Shown one piece after another: positions 11,960 through 25,200 of a stretch of DNA of 64,000 bases; position 1 is the stretch's first letter; every line of letters begins with the position of its first letter. The stretch covers positions 806,001 to 870,000 of the forward strand of contig NIVC01000073.1 in the NCBI GenBank assembly GCA_002269645.1, in the 5' to 3' direction. This DNA is from Macrostomum lignano (lineage: Eukaryota). The notes under the pieces were generated by a model. The model saw only the letters and a program-made list of their open reading frames with translations, did no database searches and was not told the DNA's origin. A program made the translations under genes and the position numbers.

Positions 11960-12930
11960 GTGGACTGTGTTTATGGATTTGGAGGCACACAATGGTAGAT
12001 TGTGTCTATGGTTCTTGAGGTACACAATGGTAGATTGTGTCTAATGGTTTTGGAGGTACACAATGGTAGATTTTGTGTCTATGGTTTTGGAGGTACACAA
12101 TGGTAGATTTTGTGTCTATGGTTTTGGAGGCACACAATGGTAGATTTTGTGTCTATGGTTTTGGAGGCACACAATGGTAGATTGTGTCTATGGTTCTGGA
12201 GGCACACAAAGGTAGATTGTGTCTATGGTTCTGGAGGTACACAATGGTAGATTGTGTCTAATGGTTTTGGAGGTACACAATGGTAGATTGTGTCTATGGT
12301 TATGGAGGTACACAATGGTAGATTGTGTCTAATGGTTTTGGAGGTACACAATGGTAGATTGTGTCTATGGTTCTGGAGGTACACAATGGTAGATTGTGTC
12401 TAATGGTTTTGGAGGTACACAATGGTAGATTGTGTCTATGGTTCTGGAGGCACACAAAGGTAGATTGTGTCTATGGTTCTGGAGGTACACAATGGTAGAT
12501 TGTGTCTAATGGTTTTGGAGGTACACAATGGTAGATTGTGTCTATGGTTCTGGAGGTACACAATGGTAGATTGTGTCTAATGGTTTTGGAGGTACACAAT
12601 GGTAGATTGTGTCTATGGTTCTGGAGGTACACAATGGTAGATTGTGTCTAATGGTTTTGGAGGCACACAAAGGTAGATTGTGTCTATGGTTCTGGAGGTA
12701 CACAATGGTAGATTGTGTCTATGGTTCTGGAGGCACACAATGGTAGATTGTGTCTATGGTTTTGGAGGTACACAATGGTAGATTGTTTGCTTTGATTTTG
12801 GAGGCACACAATGGTAGATTGTGTCTAATGGTTTTGGAGGCACACAATGGTAGATTGTGTCTATGGTTCTGGAGGCACACAATGGTAGATTGTTGGCATT
12901 GATTTTGGAGGCACACATGGTGTCTATGGT
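11960..12930. repeat. 32-34 bp minisatellite (ggtagattgtgtctatggttctggaggtacacaat)
   Basis: About 28 tandem copies visible directly. Confidence 0.95.
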
Positions 12931-12950
12931 GTTGGAGCCCACTTTTCTGA

Positions 12951-13205
12951 AGTGGTTTCAATAGCTTCATGCTCGTTAGCAAAGTTTTCAACTAGTTTTA
13001 ACTCCATAGCTGTAAAGTGGTTTCAATAGCTTCATGCTCGTTAGCTAATTTTTCAACTAGTTTTAACTCCATAGCTGTAAAGTGGTTTCAATAGCTTCAT
13101 GCTCGTTAGCTAATTTTTCAACTAGTTTTAACTCCATAGCTGTAAAGTGGTTTCAATAGCTTCATGCTCGTTAGCTAATTTTTCAACTAGTTTTAACTCC
13201 ATAGC
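12951..13205. repeat. 65-bp tandem repeat, 4 copies
   Basis: agtggtttcaatagcttcatgctcgttagc... starts at 12951, 13016, 13081, 13146. Confidence 0.95.
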
Positions 13206-14256
13206 AGTACTCCGCTGTTCCATCTGATTTTGTTGCTACCTTCTTATCTTTAAATCTTGGGACACCCGTAAGTTTACTTTTACTGTGTATAGTATACTTA
13301 TTCATCTTTTCGGTGCCTTTGAATACCATGCGTATCTGTATTCCTAAATTTCAAAGGGCCATAACGATATACTGGCTAAATTAGCTGGCCGCAAGAACTA
13401 TTAATCACGTCAGCTTTACAGTTCGGCCATATGTCGGTAACTTAGACAAAATGTCCTGGGGATCATACACTACGAATCAGGAGAGATTCTCGGGCCTAGC
13501 TTAAAAACGTCGGAGACATAGCTACATGTATGAATTTGGGCTTTCGGGCTGAGTTTATCGGAAACCATATCCATTTATTTAAATAACAACGCTTTTATAA
13601 TTGAATGCGCTGTACGGTGTAGATTAAAAATGTGCAGTCGTAATTTTTTCAAATACACATTTATAATTTATTGCATGTAGAACCGAGTGTGTGGAAATTT
13701 CTCAAATGGAAACCCCCCACCTACTGACGAACGTTAAATGCTGTTGCATAAGTTACCGCATTTTCATTATAGCGTGCGAACATTTTAACCCAACTGTGGA
13801 ATTCTTGATAGCTGTTATCTCGGTGTAAAAACTTAATTGCACTGAAATAAAAAAATAGCTACGCTCGTACATGTAGGTCGACAGCTCGATCGTCAGTCAC
13901 ATGGTAGATGCAAAAATGTAGTTCCAATGAAAACCATGCATGCACCTACAGTATGCATGTACATGTAGTTCACGCGGTAATTATATATTGCACTGTGTGT
14001 GCGTGTTACTGGATGTTTGATTGCATTGTTAGAAACTTTCGGTTGACTTACGGAAGCGAACTTCGACATGCAAAAACGCTATGTGCGGACTGCAACATAT
14101 ATTGAATTTTCAGTTGGTCTTTATCTGGTTTGAAATGCTTGTTGAGGAAATGATTCCCATAATTCGTCGCGTAGTTATATGTACGCAGCATATAGCTACA
14201 TGTACATGAGAACCCCATATATCTATTATGCATCTGTACTTGTATTTAATATCACC

Positions 14257-14560
14257 CAGAGGCGTCACCATGGATTTTAAGGTGGGGGGGGGACAAAGCC
14301 AAGAATTCTCTACATGTACATGTACATGACTAAATTCCTACATGTACATTATTTTCAGAATCTGTTGTCAGTACTAATTTTAGTGCAGCAGCCACTCATT
14401 TTAGCGCCGCAGGCGCTATATTTTGGCGCCCTGAAGAAAAATCATTGACTACCACAACGAGTCACAAGGTGGGGTGGGGGGACAAGCACAGGCATGTCTC
14501 CCCCATGGCTTTGGGGGGGGGACATGTCCCTCCTGCCCCTCCCCCGGTGGCGACGCGCCT
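14257..14560. mobile_element. MITE-like element (CAG.GGCG...CGCGCCTG ends); related to 11785-11955
   Basis: Imperfect GC-rich TIRs; ggcgtcaccatggatttta at ~14260-14280 is the inverted match of taaaatccatggcgacgcc at ~11934-11951. Confidence 0.45.
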
Positions 14561-17500
14561 GAATATTGCTGCTGGCTGAAATCAATGCCCCACAACTTTC
14601 ATGGCCAGCTCACAATCCTGGAGTTTATTCCGGACTTTTTAATACTAATTAAGGCGCAGTTGCGCTCGGTCGTCCGGTGCAGCGTGCAGGGCCAGATTGA
14701 GGGAGGGGGGGGAGGGGTTGCACAGCTGCATGCAGCCAAAAGGCTCCGGAGGCAGTGGCCAGCAGCATCTGACGGCGCCGGTGCAGTATAGCGCTCAGCA
14801 GGGGCGGTGCTCCAGCACGGCTATCTGTAATAAAAGGGTGTTGTTCGGATGCAGGCGCTTTTAAAACTTTGTGATTGACCCTTACTTCAATGATTTCATT
14901 TAAACCACAGGCGTACATGTTTTGTAGAAGCATGACTGGCAAAAGATGTGCCCAAAGCTTCGAGACACCGAAAAACACCAAACTCTAAGTACTTATATGG
15001 ATGCATTTTGTAGCTTTGTAATGCAGAACTTAAAAAAAGATTAATTAGGCTTCAGAATGATTTAGCTCTGCAAATGGCAGTTAATATACATGAAAAATGC
15101 AGACAGTTATAATAGTAAAAAGCAATGACATCACTCCACTATAAAAAGACAACTATACTGTGGTTCCAAAGAAACGACGAATTGAAGAGGTATATTTTTT
15201 AAACTAGACCCTGGATTTGCTTAAATTACGGAAAATTTGCAATATAACCTTAGCCATTCTTGGAAAAAATTCCGACACCACAACCGTGTGTCCGTGCCGC
15301 CCGTGCGTAAGCGTTTAAGCAGTATTTCGGTTTCGGTATAGACCTACATATATATAATAAATTTAATTATATGAACAAAGTAGATTTGGGCCAAGCTTAG
15401 GGCTTCAAGTTTTACTATCGAAACAGTGGGCAACATTGTCAATTGATGTTTTTTTGTTAATCATGCCTATGTTAATTATTGCTGTTGCATTAGGCCATGA
15501 TTAACATCTTGCCAAATTGTTACCAATGCTGTATTGCTGGAAATCACTCGCAGTGGTCAGTAGTAGGCCTAGCTAGGCCTAGCTTAGCTTCTAGCTTTAT
15601 TGTTTGGGTCTAATTGAAATATGCTAGGCTTATGTATGATTATTATGGCTTTATGCCCTACTAGGCCTACTAGTCCTACACTCCTACCTACTAGGCCTAA
15701 AACAGTTTTATTTTATATTTTGCCTTTGCCTTGCTTGACAAGGCCTATGCTATGCCCCTAGTATCTTTACAATTTTAGTATCTTAACAACCAACCAAGGC
15801 AAGGTAGGCCCTTGATTAGGCCTGGTAAATAATTTTTTAGACCCTATGCCCTAGGCCCTATGACAACTTTATATAACTCTTGGAGTTGGAATAACAATTC
15901 ATGAATTTAGATCTTGACCTATGCAAGCAAAATTGTAGGCCTATATGCTATACTAGAATGCCTATTATATCTATTAGCTAATTAGGCATTGCCATTGGCA
16001 TTAGGGACCTACTTTACTTAGGCCTAGGGCTAAGTATGATTGTATATGATTGTATATTAAATGCCTTAAAGCCAATACTAAAAGCCAATATCAATAACTA
16101 TAGAATATAGACATCTATAGCTATATTTAAAGCTTAATGATTTGTTTCTCTATCATAAGCATAGTGTTTTGCTTATATTCATATTGAATTATAGTGGCTT
16201 ATTTTTTATTGAAAGCCAGGAGCTATATAAATATATACTCAGATAAACTTTAGGCCTATGAAATATTGTCATATCTGGCAAGAGGCATTGCTAGCCATTT
16301 TGCAAACTCTAGAAAAAAACTAGGGCCTAGATTGGCTAGAAAAAATCTAGGCTAGATTGGTTAGAAAAAAAATTATAACTCATTTATGCACACTTGACAA
16401 ATTTGTGTGCACTTGTGTGCTGAAAAGGGGCCTACTTGTGCACTCAAAGAAGGTATGTGTGCACTTGATCATATGTGCTTGCGCAAAAAGCTGTTTGTTG
16501 CAGAATCATAGACAGGATTTGACTTTTACATGTATATAACATGGTTAGGCCTATGCGGCATATGTGCACTCAAGTTCTCCTATTTTTCATAGTTTGGAAA
16601 GTTGTTTTACATCAGAAAATTTTAAAACAAAAGTAAAACAAAGAATAATAGGCCTAGTTTTTAGCAAAAACAGTTATTTTAAATGGGATAGGCCTTATGG
16701 CCTCATCTTTTTAAATCTTAACTGTTGACCTCTGCCTAATAAATTTCCTATGAGCTGCCACCAAGTTATGCTTAACTTCTGTTTTAGTATTTCTAACTGT
16801 TTCTTAGAATCCCAGATATTTCTGGTAGTGTCTAATGTATTAGTCTGGAAGTGTCTGATGTATGGCCTAAGCAGTCTAATACTAGAATATGTATTTGTCC
16901 AATTGGGTATTCACTGAGATTCAAGGGTCATAGCACAACTCTTATTATCCCTTTGGATAACCTTTTAATTCGCACTTCTTAGCAACCTCTTTTGTACTTG
17001 TTCTCTTGTTCTTAGCCTGCAAATAAATTGCTTATTAAGATTTGCCAGTAGGAGATTTGCCTACTGAGCTTTTCCCATATATATGTGCAACTGATAGCCA
17101 ACTTGGCCAATCTGGCCACCATAAATTGTGGGAGACCAGGGGTAAGTTGCAAAAATGCCCACCCAAAAGAATAGATAAAATACTAATTATCTGATGAGAC
17201 ATTTAACCTTAATAAGACAATCATAGTTATGCTTACCATTTATCCAAAATTGCATTAACTTTTGCCCCAGTGTTTCTTTCATAGGTAAGTTACATTTTTG
17301 GTCAAAAAGTAAATTGCATGGCCAGTGTAAATCAGGGGGTTGTGCATGTATGTTTTCTTACCAAGAATTGCCGGTAGTGCAAATTGCCTGCAAGCAAATC
17401 TTAGCAGGCAATTCATCTGCAGACTGCAAGCAATCGTCATGGACCCATAGGTAATAGTCGAAATATAGCAAAACATTTTTTTCTGCTATTTTCTTATTCT

Positions 17501-18457
17501 TAATAAATAGCATAAGTTTTAGCATACTATTTCTCTCTTGCTTGTCTTTCAATTTTGTCATACAATTATATTTGTCTTCTTATTAATCTATGCTAGCTAC
17601 TATTTTGAAGTACTTTTTTATTTCTTCTAAAAATTCAAAATTTAAAAATAATACTATGGAACTTTTTTTAAAAAGATTTAAACTACCATATTATTGTAGT
17701 TGCAGCTATTTGAGCAATTGCTTTTCATAGGGATATTTGTAGCTACTATAGTCATAGATACTTATTATAGTTGCTAACCCCACTGAATTTGTTTTTTGTA
17801 ACAGGAGCCAACAGCCAACAGTGATAGAAAGGCAACTGTTGAGTCATAAGTGCATCACATGAATTGTAAAAATGTAAAAGAGTCTACCAAGAGTCATTGT
17901 GTTAGTATTTAACTAAAGTAGACAAAATACACAAGGTTATAAATGCAACACGTGTGTTTCTAATTCATAAAGGGATACAGATGCACTTTAGAGGCAACTA
18001 CAAATGATTCTACAGTGATTCTCTCATGCATCAGATGACTCTATAGCCTCAAAGTCATTTCAGAGTTGCAGAGAATATATGCCTCAAATTGACTCATAGG
18101 CATTTCTTTGATGACTTTTTGTCAACTTCTACTAAGGCATCTCATTGTTTTAGAGTCAACTCTAGGATGACACAAGTTACTCTGGCACGCTTCTAGGCCT
18201 ATGTTAACCCTTTTCATCAGATACAAACTACAAATATGTAGTTATACAAATATGTAGGGCCTGTCAACTTAAGTGATGTAATGACGAAAATGACGTATCA
18301 TTTGTGTACATAGGTTACTCGGGCTCCACTTTATGAGCTTAAGTTGACAGGCAATCTGTAGTAAACCCGAAAATATCGATATTCCACATTCAGTACAGTA
18401 GAACAAAGCATCTAAAATACAGATGCGAGTTTTGTAACTTTCTTACAGTACAGCCAG

Positions 18458-20350
18458 ATGAGCTCCAATCTGTACGAAAGTCACAAGTTCTCCGAGGACG
18501 TCAGCAGGGATATGCGCATTCCCGAGAGAATCGGCGCCCAGGGCGCGCTGGACTCCTCGTCTAAGGGATTCGGAGTTGACTCAGATTATCCGGGCTCCGG
18601 TTTTAGCCGCATCGTGGTAGACATGAGCATCCCGGATCGCATTCTGGCCACTGGCGAGGCTGGGGACGCCAGCGACCCGAGCTACGATCCGCTGGACCCC
18701 AGCATCCAGGTCAGGCCCGGCGACCTCATCTCGGTGGAGTCGCCACCCGACACCATCACTCTGGACCGGGTGCGCTACCCAGATATCCAGCCTGAGCAGT
18801 CGGAGAGGTGCCTGCTTTGTTGCATTCGGTTGGGACTCTTGCCAGTTTTGAGTCCTCCTCCAGCCTCCCAGATTCCCAGTTGCTGGGCCAGCCTCCTAGA
18901 TCCCCAGTTGCTGGGCCACTAGGGCCAGCCTCCCTGATCCTCAGTTGCTGACCCAGCCTCCCAGATTCTGAGTCGCTGGGCCAGCCTCCCAGATCCTCAG
19001 TTGCTGGGCCAGCCTACCAGAGTGTCATTTGCTGGGCCAGCCTCCCAGATCCTCAGTTGCTGGGCCAGCCTACCAGAGTGTCATTTGCTGGGCCAGCCTC
19101 CCAGATCCTCAGTTGCTGGGCCAGCCTACCAGAGTGTCATTTGCTGGGCCAGCCTCCCAGATCCTCAGTTACTAGGCCAGCCTCCCAGAGTGTCATTTGC
19201 TGGGCCAGCCTCCCAGATCCTCAGTTGCTGGGCCAGCCTCCCAGAGTGTCAGTTGCTGGTCAAGCCTCCCAGAGTGTCAGTTGCTGGGCCAGCCTCCCAG
19301 AGTGTCAGTTGCTGGGCCAGCTTCTCCAGAGTGTCAGTTGCTGGGCCAGCCTCCCAGAGTGTCAGTTGCTGGGCCAGCTTCTCCAGAGTGTCAGTTGCTG
19401 GGCCAGCCTCCCAGAGTGTCAGTTGCTGACCCAGCCTCCCAGATTCTGAGTCGCTGGGCCAGCCTCCCAGATCCTCAGTTGCTGGGCCAGCCTACCAGAG
19501 TGTCATTTGCTGGGCCAGCCTCCCAGATCCTCAGTTGCTGGGCCAGCCTACCAGAGTGTCATTTGCTGGGCCAGCCTCCCAGATCCTCAGTTGCTGGGCC
19601 AGCCTACCAGAGTGTCATTTGCTGGGCCAGCCTCCCAGATCCTCAGTTACTAGGCCAGCCTCCCAGAGTGTCATTTGCTGGGCCAGCCTCCCAGATCCTC
19701 AGTTGCTGGGCCAGCCTCCCAGAGTGTCAGTTGCTGGTCAAGCCTCCCAGAGTGTCAGTTGCTGGGCCAGCCTCCCAGAGTGTCAGTTGCTGGGCCAGCT
19801 TCTCCAGAGTGTCAGTTGCTGGGCCAGCCTCCCAGAGTGTCAGTTGCTGGGCCAGCTTCTCCAGAGTGTCAGTTGCTGGGCCAGCCTCCCAGAGTGTCAG
19901 TTGCTGGGCCAGCCTCCCAGATCCTCAGTTGCTAGGCTAGCCTCCCAGATCCTCAGTCGCTGTGCCAGCCTCCCAGATCCTCAGTCGCTGTGCCAGCCTC
20001 CCAGATCGTCTTCTCTCCAATAGCTTGAAAAAATCAATCACGCACGTTTTTCAATCGATGTGTTTCCAAATCGAAACCCCAGCGACAGGCCCAGGCGTAA
20101 GCGCAACCCCGGCGGCAGCGACGCCTCCGACCCCGGAGCCCTGGTCGCCGCCTCGGCTACTGGGGCCGCCCCGGTTGGCGGCAACCTGAACATGGCTCTG
20201 CTGCGGCTGCAGAAACGACTGGAAGCTCTAGAGTCGGAGAATGAGCAGCGCAGACGGCGGGAGCTGGTGCTGTACCCGGCTATTGGGCTGTACTTCCTGT
20301 TCAAGATTATGGGCTGGCTGATGCGGCCACGGCGTTCTGTTGGCTTTTAG
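18458..20350 (+). CDS. MFF: Mitochondrial fission factor (Mff/Tango11), exons 18458-18807 and 20083-20350
   Basis: N-terminal Mff repeats (DMRIPERI, MSIPDRIL, SPPDTITL); C-terminal coiled coil LLRLQKRLEALESENEQR plus TM (LVLYPAIGLYFLFKIMGWL); phase-2 GT/AG intron gives in-frame join. Confidence 0.88.
18860..20005. repeat. 28-bp minisatellite (ttgctgggccagcctcccag + atcctcag/agtgtcag) with 478-bp higher-order duplication, filling the Mff intron
   Basis: Unit visible directly; ORF pairs 19057/19535 and 19197/19675 are 478 bp apart. Confidence 0.95.
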
Positions 20351-20547
20351 TGAATTGTGTTCAATAGGATAAGATTCTCATGCATCTAGATTTGACAGGT
20401 AGGACTCAGAAAGTTTTGATCCAGTTACAAACCTCTGCATAATTTAAGGTTGCCCAGTTAATTAGATCTAATTCTCATCCTCGAACTCGCAGGATCCTAG
20501 GTCCTAGCTCGATCAGGAAAACTTTTCTAAGCACCCAAAACTACATT

Positions 20548-21005
20548 TAGAATCGCTCATAAACCACCCCTAGAATCGCTCATAAAGCACCCCAATAATC
20601 GCTCATAAACCACTCCAAAATCGCTCATAAACCACTCCAAAATCGCTCATAAACCACCCAAAAATCGCTCATAAACAACCCCTAGAATCGCTCATAAACC
20701 ACCCCTAGAATCGCTCATAAACCACCCCTAGAATCGCTCATAAACTACCGGAAGAATCGCTCATAAACTACCGGAAGAATCGCTCATAAACCACCCCAAG
20801 AATTGCTCATAAACCACCCCAAGAATTGCTCATAAACCACCCCTAGAATCGCTCATAAACCACCCCTAGAATCGCTCATAAACCACCCCTAGAATCGCTC
20901 ATAAACCACTCATAGAATCACTTATAAACCACTCATAGAATCACTCATAAACCACTCATAGAATCACTCATAAACCACTCATAGAATCGCTCATAAGCCA
21001 TCCCT
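20548..21005. repeat. 23-bp minisatellite (tagaatcgctcataaaccacccc)
   Basis: About 20 tandem copies. Confidence 0.95.
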
Positions 21006-21684
21006 AGAATTACGCAAAATCCCGGGTTGCTCTTGACGTTAGAGTACCCTGAGGTACGGGAATTACATACATGTATTTTCTCTTGCATTTTGCGCCACTT
21101 CATCCCTTAGCAACTGGGATTGTTATGTATTGGGAATATAGCTTATTACGAGTATATGTACAAGCGCAGGTCTAATTCCCGAAAAATTCACAAGCCTTCG
21201 ACAAATTTTCGTTTTTAAGAGCAATTTCAATTTTGCAAATATTTTGCTTTGAAAATCTGATAAATTGTATCTCGTCTGCTTTTCGTCTGCTTCTATTGTA
21301 ATTTTACGAAATTTTAAATTCTTATATATATATCTTATAGCTATTGTATATACCTCGTACGTATGAATTCTAATATTGAAAAGAATTTGGCTATTTTTAT
21401 TATGCTTCGTAACTGTATGCAAACCTTCTTATATTAATTGTGGTAGTTCCATTTAGTAAGGTCTGTTATTAATAAGTGTGTGTTAATAATGAATTATGAG
21501 GTATCATGCTGTACTTTATAGTTTCTTGTCTAGCGTGTATAACCTTGAACGCATGTGTAATTTTAAGCAAAATTATTATATACAATTTATTATTTGGCTT
21601 TAATATTCACTCTCTGTACTGTGCTGATCGCTGTATTATCAAAAAGAATCTTAAGTGCTTTTCCTTTAAAAAATAACTTTAGGT

Positions 21685-22150
21685 TAGTTAGTCAGCCCTT
21701 GTCAGTCAGTTAGTCAGTCAGTCAGTCAGTCAGTTAGTCAGTCAGTCAGTCAATCAGTCAGTCAGTCAGTCAGTCAGTCAGTCAGCCAGCCAGCCAGTCA
21801 GTCAGTCAGTCAGTCAGTCAGTCAGTTAGTCAGTCAGTCAGTCAGTCAGTCAGTCAGTCAGCCAGTCAGTCAGTCAGTCAGTCAGTCAGTTAGTCAGTCA
21901 GTCAGTCAGTCAGTCAGTCAGTCATTCAGTCAGTCAGTTAGTCAGTCAGTCAGTCAGTCAGTTAGTCAGTCAGTTAGTCAGTCAGCCCTTGTCAGTCACA
22001 CAGTCAGTCAGCCCTTCAGTGCAGTCAGTCAGTCAGCCAGTCAGTCAGCCAGTCAGTCAGTCAGTCAGTCAGTCAGTCAGTCAGCCAGTCAGTCAGTCAG
22101 CCAGTCAGTCAGTCAGCCAGTCAGTCAGTCAGTCAGTCAGTCAGTCAGTC
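21685..22150. repeat. (CAGT)n microsatellite
   Basis: Direct inspection; ends ~35-75 bp upstream of the possible MTRR starts. Confidence 0.98.
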
Positions 22151-22224
22151 CCACACAGTACAGAAAGCAGACCCTGACGCCATTGATGCTAAGGAAGCGA
22201 AATTATCGCATACTGAAACAAGTC

Positions 22225-25200
22225 ATGCCGGCCACCTGGCACATTCTCTACGGCAGTCAGACTGGCCAAGCGCAGGCCATCGCAGAGGACATCGCTTCGG
22301 AGTTGCAGACTCGACCGAAGATTCGCGTTGAACTGCGCACCTGCAACGAACAGTTAGACCTAGCAACTGTCCGTCGGCTTATCATAGTGTGTTCATCCAC
22401 TGGCGATGGGGACGCACCGGATAATGCGGCTAAATTTGTCCGCCTGCTGAGCCGGTCGGATCTGCCAGCCGATGCATACAGCCATATTCGATTCTCTTTG
22501 CTAGGCCTGGGCGATACCAACTACACTAGCTTTGGCAAATGCCCGCAAACCATTGAGACTAAGCTTAAATCGTTAGGCGCCGAACTGTTTCTGCCAACCG
22601 CTTTGGCTGACGATGCAGTCGGCTTGGAACTCACTGTTGGACCGTTTCTAGAGCGACTCTGGCCAGCTGTGGATGCTTTGATTGCCGCCGATGCCGCTTC
22701 TGACGTTAAAAACGACGCTAAGATTGTTGATAATATGGCTGGTATTAGTCTGACAGGTGCTGGGTCTGGTGCCCTTGATATCAATGCGGACATTGGCTGC
22801 GATTACTCCGACGATGGCCCAGTGAGTGCTGCTTACAATTGTTTTGGTCTTATGCACGAACATCGGCCTATGAGTATGTAGGGCTTCTTGACATTAGGGC
22901 CATGAGAAAGTCAGGTCTGCTGTAACATTCCGTGTGATCGTCTGTCTAAGTGTATTTCCAGGGTTGCAGTCACTTCCCGATGTGTCTATTCCTTCGAAAT
23001 CCTTCCCTGAAAATACTTTTAGCGTCAAGAACTCCGATTTGAGTTTTTATTATTCTGTGTCTAGGAAGAGATCGCCTACTGAAGAGTAGCATGGTAAGAA
23101 TGTGAATCGAGTCTTGTGAAGTGTGTTAAATAGAACTTGTCTTCCAAGTAGTGTTTGTCTACGAAATTTTGTCAGGTTGTCCCGTAGCCTGGTAGTCCAG
23201 CGCGGCGCTCTGATGTACCAGCGGTCCAGGCTCGAATCCAAGTGCAGTCATTTTTAGTATATGGATTGGATGGAATCCCGGCTTGGCCAACCCCAAAGGC
23301 ACAGTGAAGTGTACATGCCTAACGATAAATAAAGTCAGGGCCGCTGTACACTTCTGTGTGAGTGTGTGCCTGTGCGTGTGACTGCGTACGTATCCGAGCG
23401 CTTGTGTGCCAATGTCGCTTGAAGTGGGCCAGAATGCACGCAGCCCCCTGTCTCTAATAGGAACGGCTTATCGTCCTGGCTCAGCGAAGTACAGAAACCA
23501 ATCAATGTATTGTGCTCGTTTAAGAATGCGACTCCTAACGAGGGTCATTTAGAGCAAACTGGCTGTAGAGTATACTTGCAGGAGGTCTGTGTGCACCCTT
23601 CGCATGAATCAACTCTGCCCATTGCGCTGACTCCTGGGCACACAAGCGCCAATACTGTTCGCAGGCACGCACTCACACAGGGTGTACAGCAGCCCTTAAA
23701 ACTTCCCAATCGTCAGGCATGTACATCTCCATATGCCTTGGAGGGTGGGCCTGCATGACCGCACGACAACCTCCACGGTCAATTTTCGAGCACACAAGCC
23801 CCAAATTAATGTGGCCGCGGATTCAAACCAAGTGGGTGTTGATGCGCGAGCGAAGACGCTTTGCCCCGCAGCCACACCATTATCAAGCCATTATTCCGAC
23901 ACAAAGATTTCCTCTGCTCTGCTCGCGTTCCTATAGGTTTTCGGCGATGATCTCGAGGGTGTTGCGTGGCCAGACGAGGCCAGCCTGGCTGTCCCACCGC
24001 TGCCGGCTCGCTACCTCAGCCTGGTTGATCATCCGGCTGACGATGGAGCCGCTTCCGTAACTGTTGATGCTGCCGATGCTGCCGATTCGGAGTTGTGCGG
24101 CGACGGCGGCGCTGGCGGCGCTTTCGGTCGACCGCCCGGTGCCATCGGCGGAGGCGGCGCCACATATTTAGCGCCTCTATTAGCGCTAGACGAGTTATCT
24201 TCGTCTGCGGCGCCAAAACGAATCTGGCGCGTTAGTCTTGATGTGTCTGGCGCCGGAGCCTGGGCGCACAGTCTGGCGCCTGGCGATGCCATCTCGCTCT
24301 GCCCGGCCAACTGTCCCCAAGAGGTCGACGATCTGCTGCACCGTCTCGGCGTCGACGGCCGTCGGGTTGTTCGACTGGTTTGCAGCGGTGGCAAGAAGGC
24401 GCCAGACCATCTGCCGCCTGCGGACAGGCCGGTGACTCTGGCCAGCCTGCTGCTGCGCTACGTTGATATTCGACAGCCACCGAGCAATCTGCTGCGCCGG
24501 GTGCTGGCAGAGTATGCTGGGAACCGTCGGGAGCGCCTGCGGCTGCGGCAGCTTTGCGCCAGGTGACAATGTGATAGTTATGCATGGAATCCATTATTCT
24601 ATTAGTTAATCAAGTACAGAGAGTCGGCACTGATTCACATTGATTGACAATCGGCACTGATTCACATTGATTGACAATCGGCACTGATTCACATTGATTG
24701 ACAATCGGCACTGATTCACATTGAGAATCGTCACTGATTCACATTGAGAATCGTCACTGATTCACATTGAGAATCGTCACTGATTCACATTGAGAATCGT
24801 CACTGATTCACATCGAGAATCGTCACTGATTCACATTGAGAATCGTCACTGATTCACATTGAGAATCCCCCTGATTCACATTGAGAATCCCCCTGATTCA
24901 CACTGAGAATCCCCCTGATTCACATTGAGAATCCCCCTGATTCACATTGAGAATCCCCCTGATTCACATTGAGAATCTCCCCTGATGTCAACACCTGCGC
25001 TCACCTGGAACTTTTATTAACGCAGGCAAACCAGCGAAGCCAAGACTCGCCTGTTGCTGGGGCCCCGGCTGTCCCTACTGGATCTGCTGCGTCATTTCCC
25101 GTCCTGCCGGCCGCCGCTGGATCACCTGCTGCCCTACCTGCCTAGGTGAGGCCCGTTTAATGGAATGCAACCTGATATTTATGAGCTTTCCTTTGTTCCT

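Noticed and set aside
19001-20023. Long ORFs in the Mff intron (also 21989, 25312-25776, 26239, 59998-60684)
   Set aside because: They are translations of tandem repeats with no domain content.
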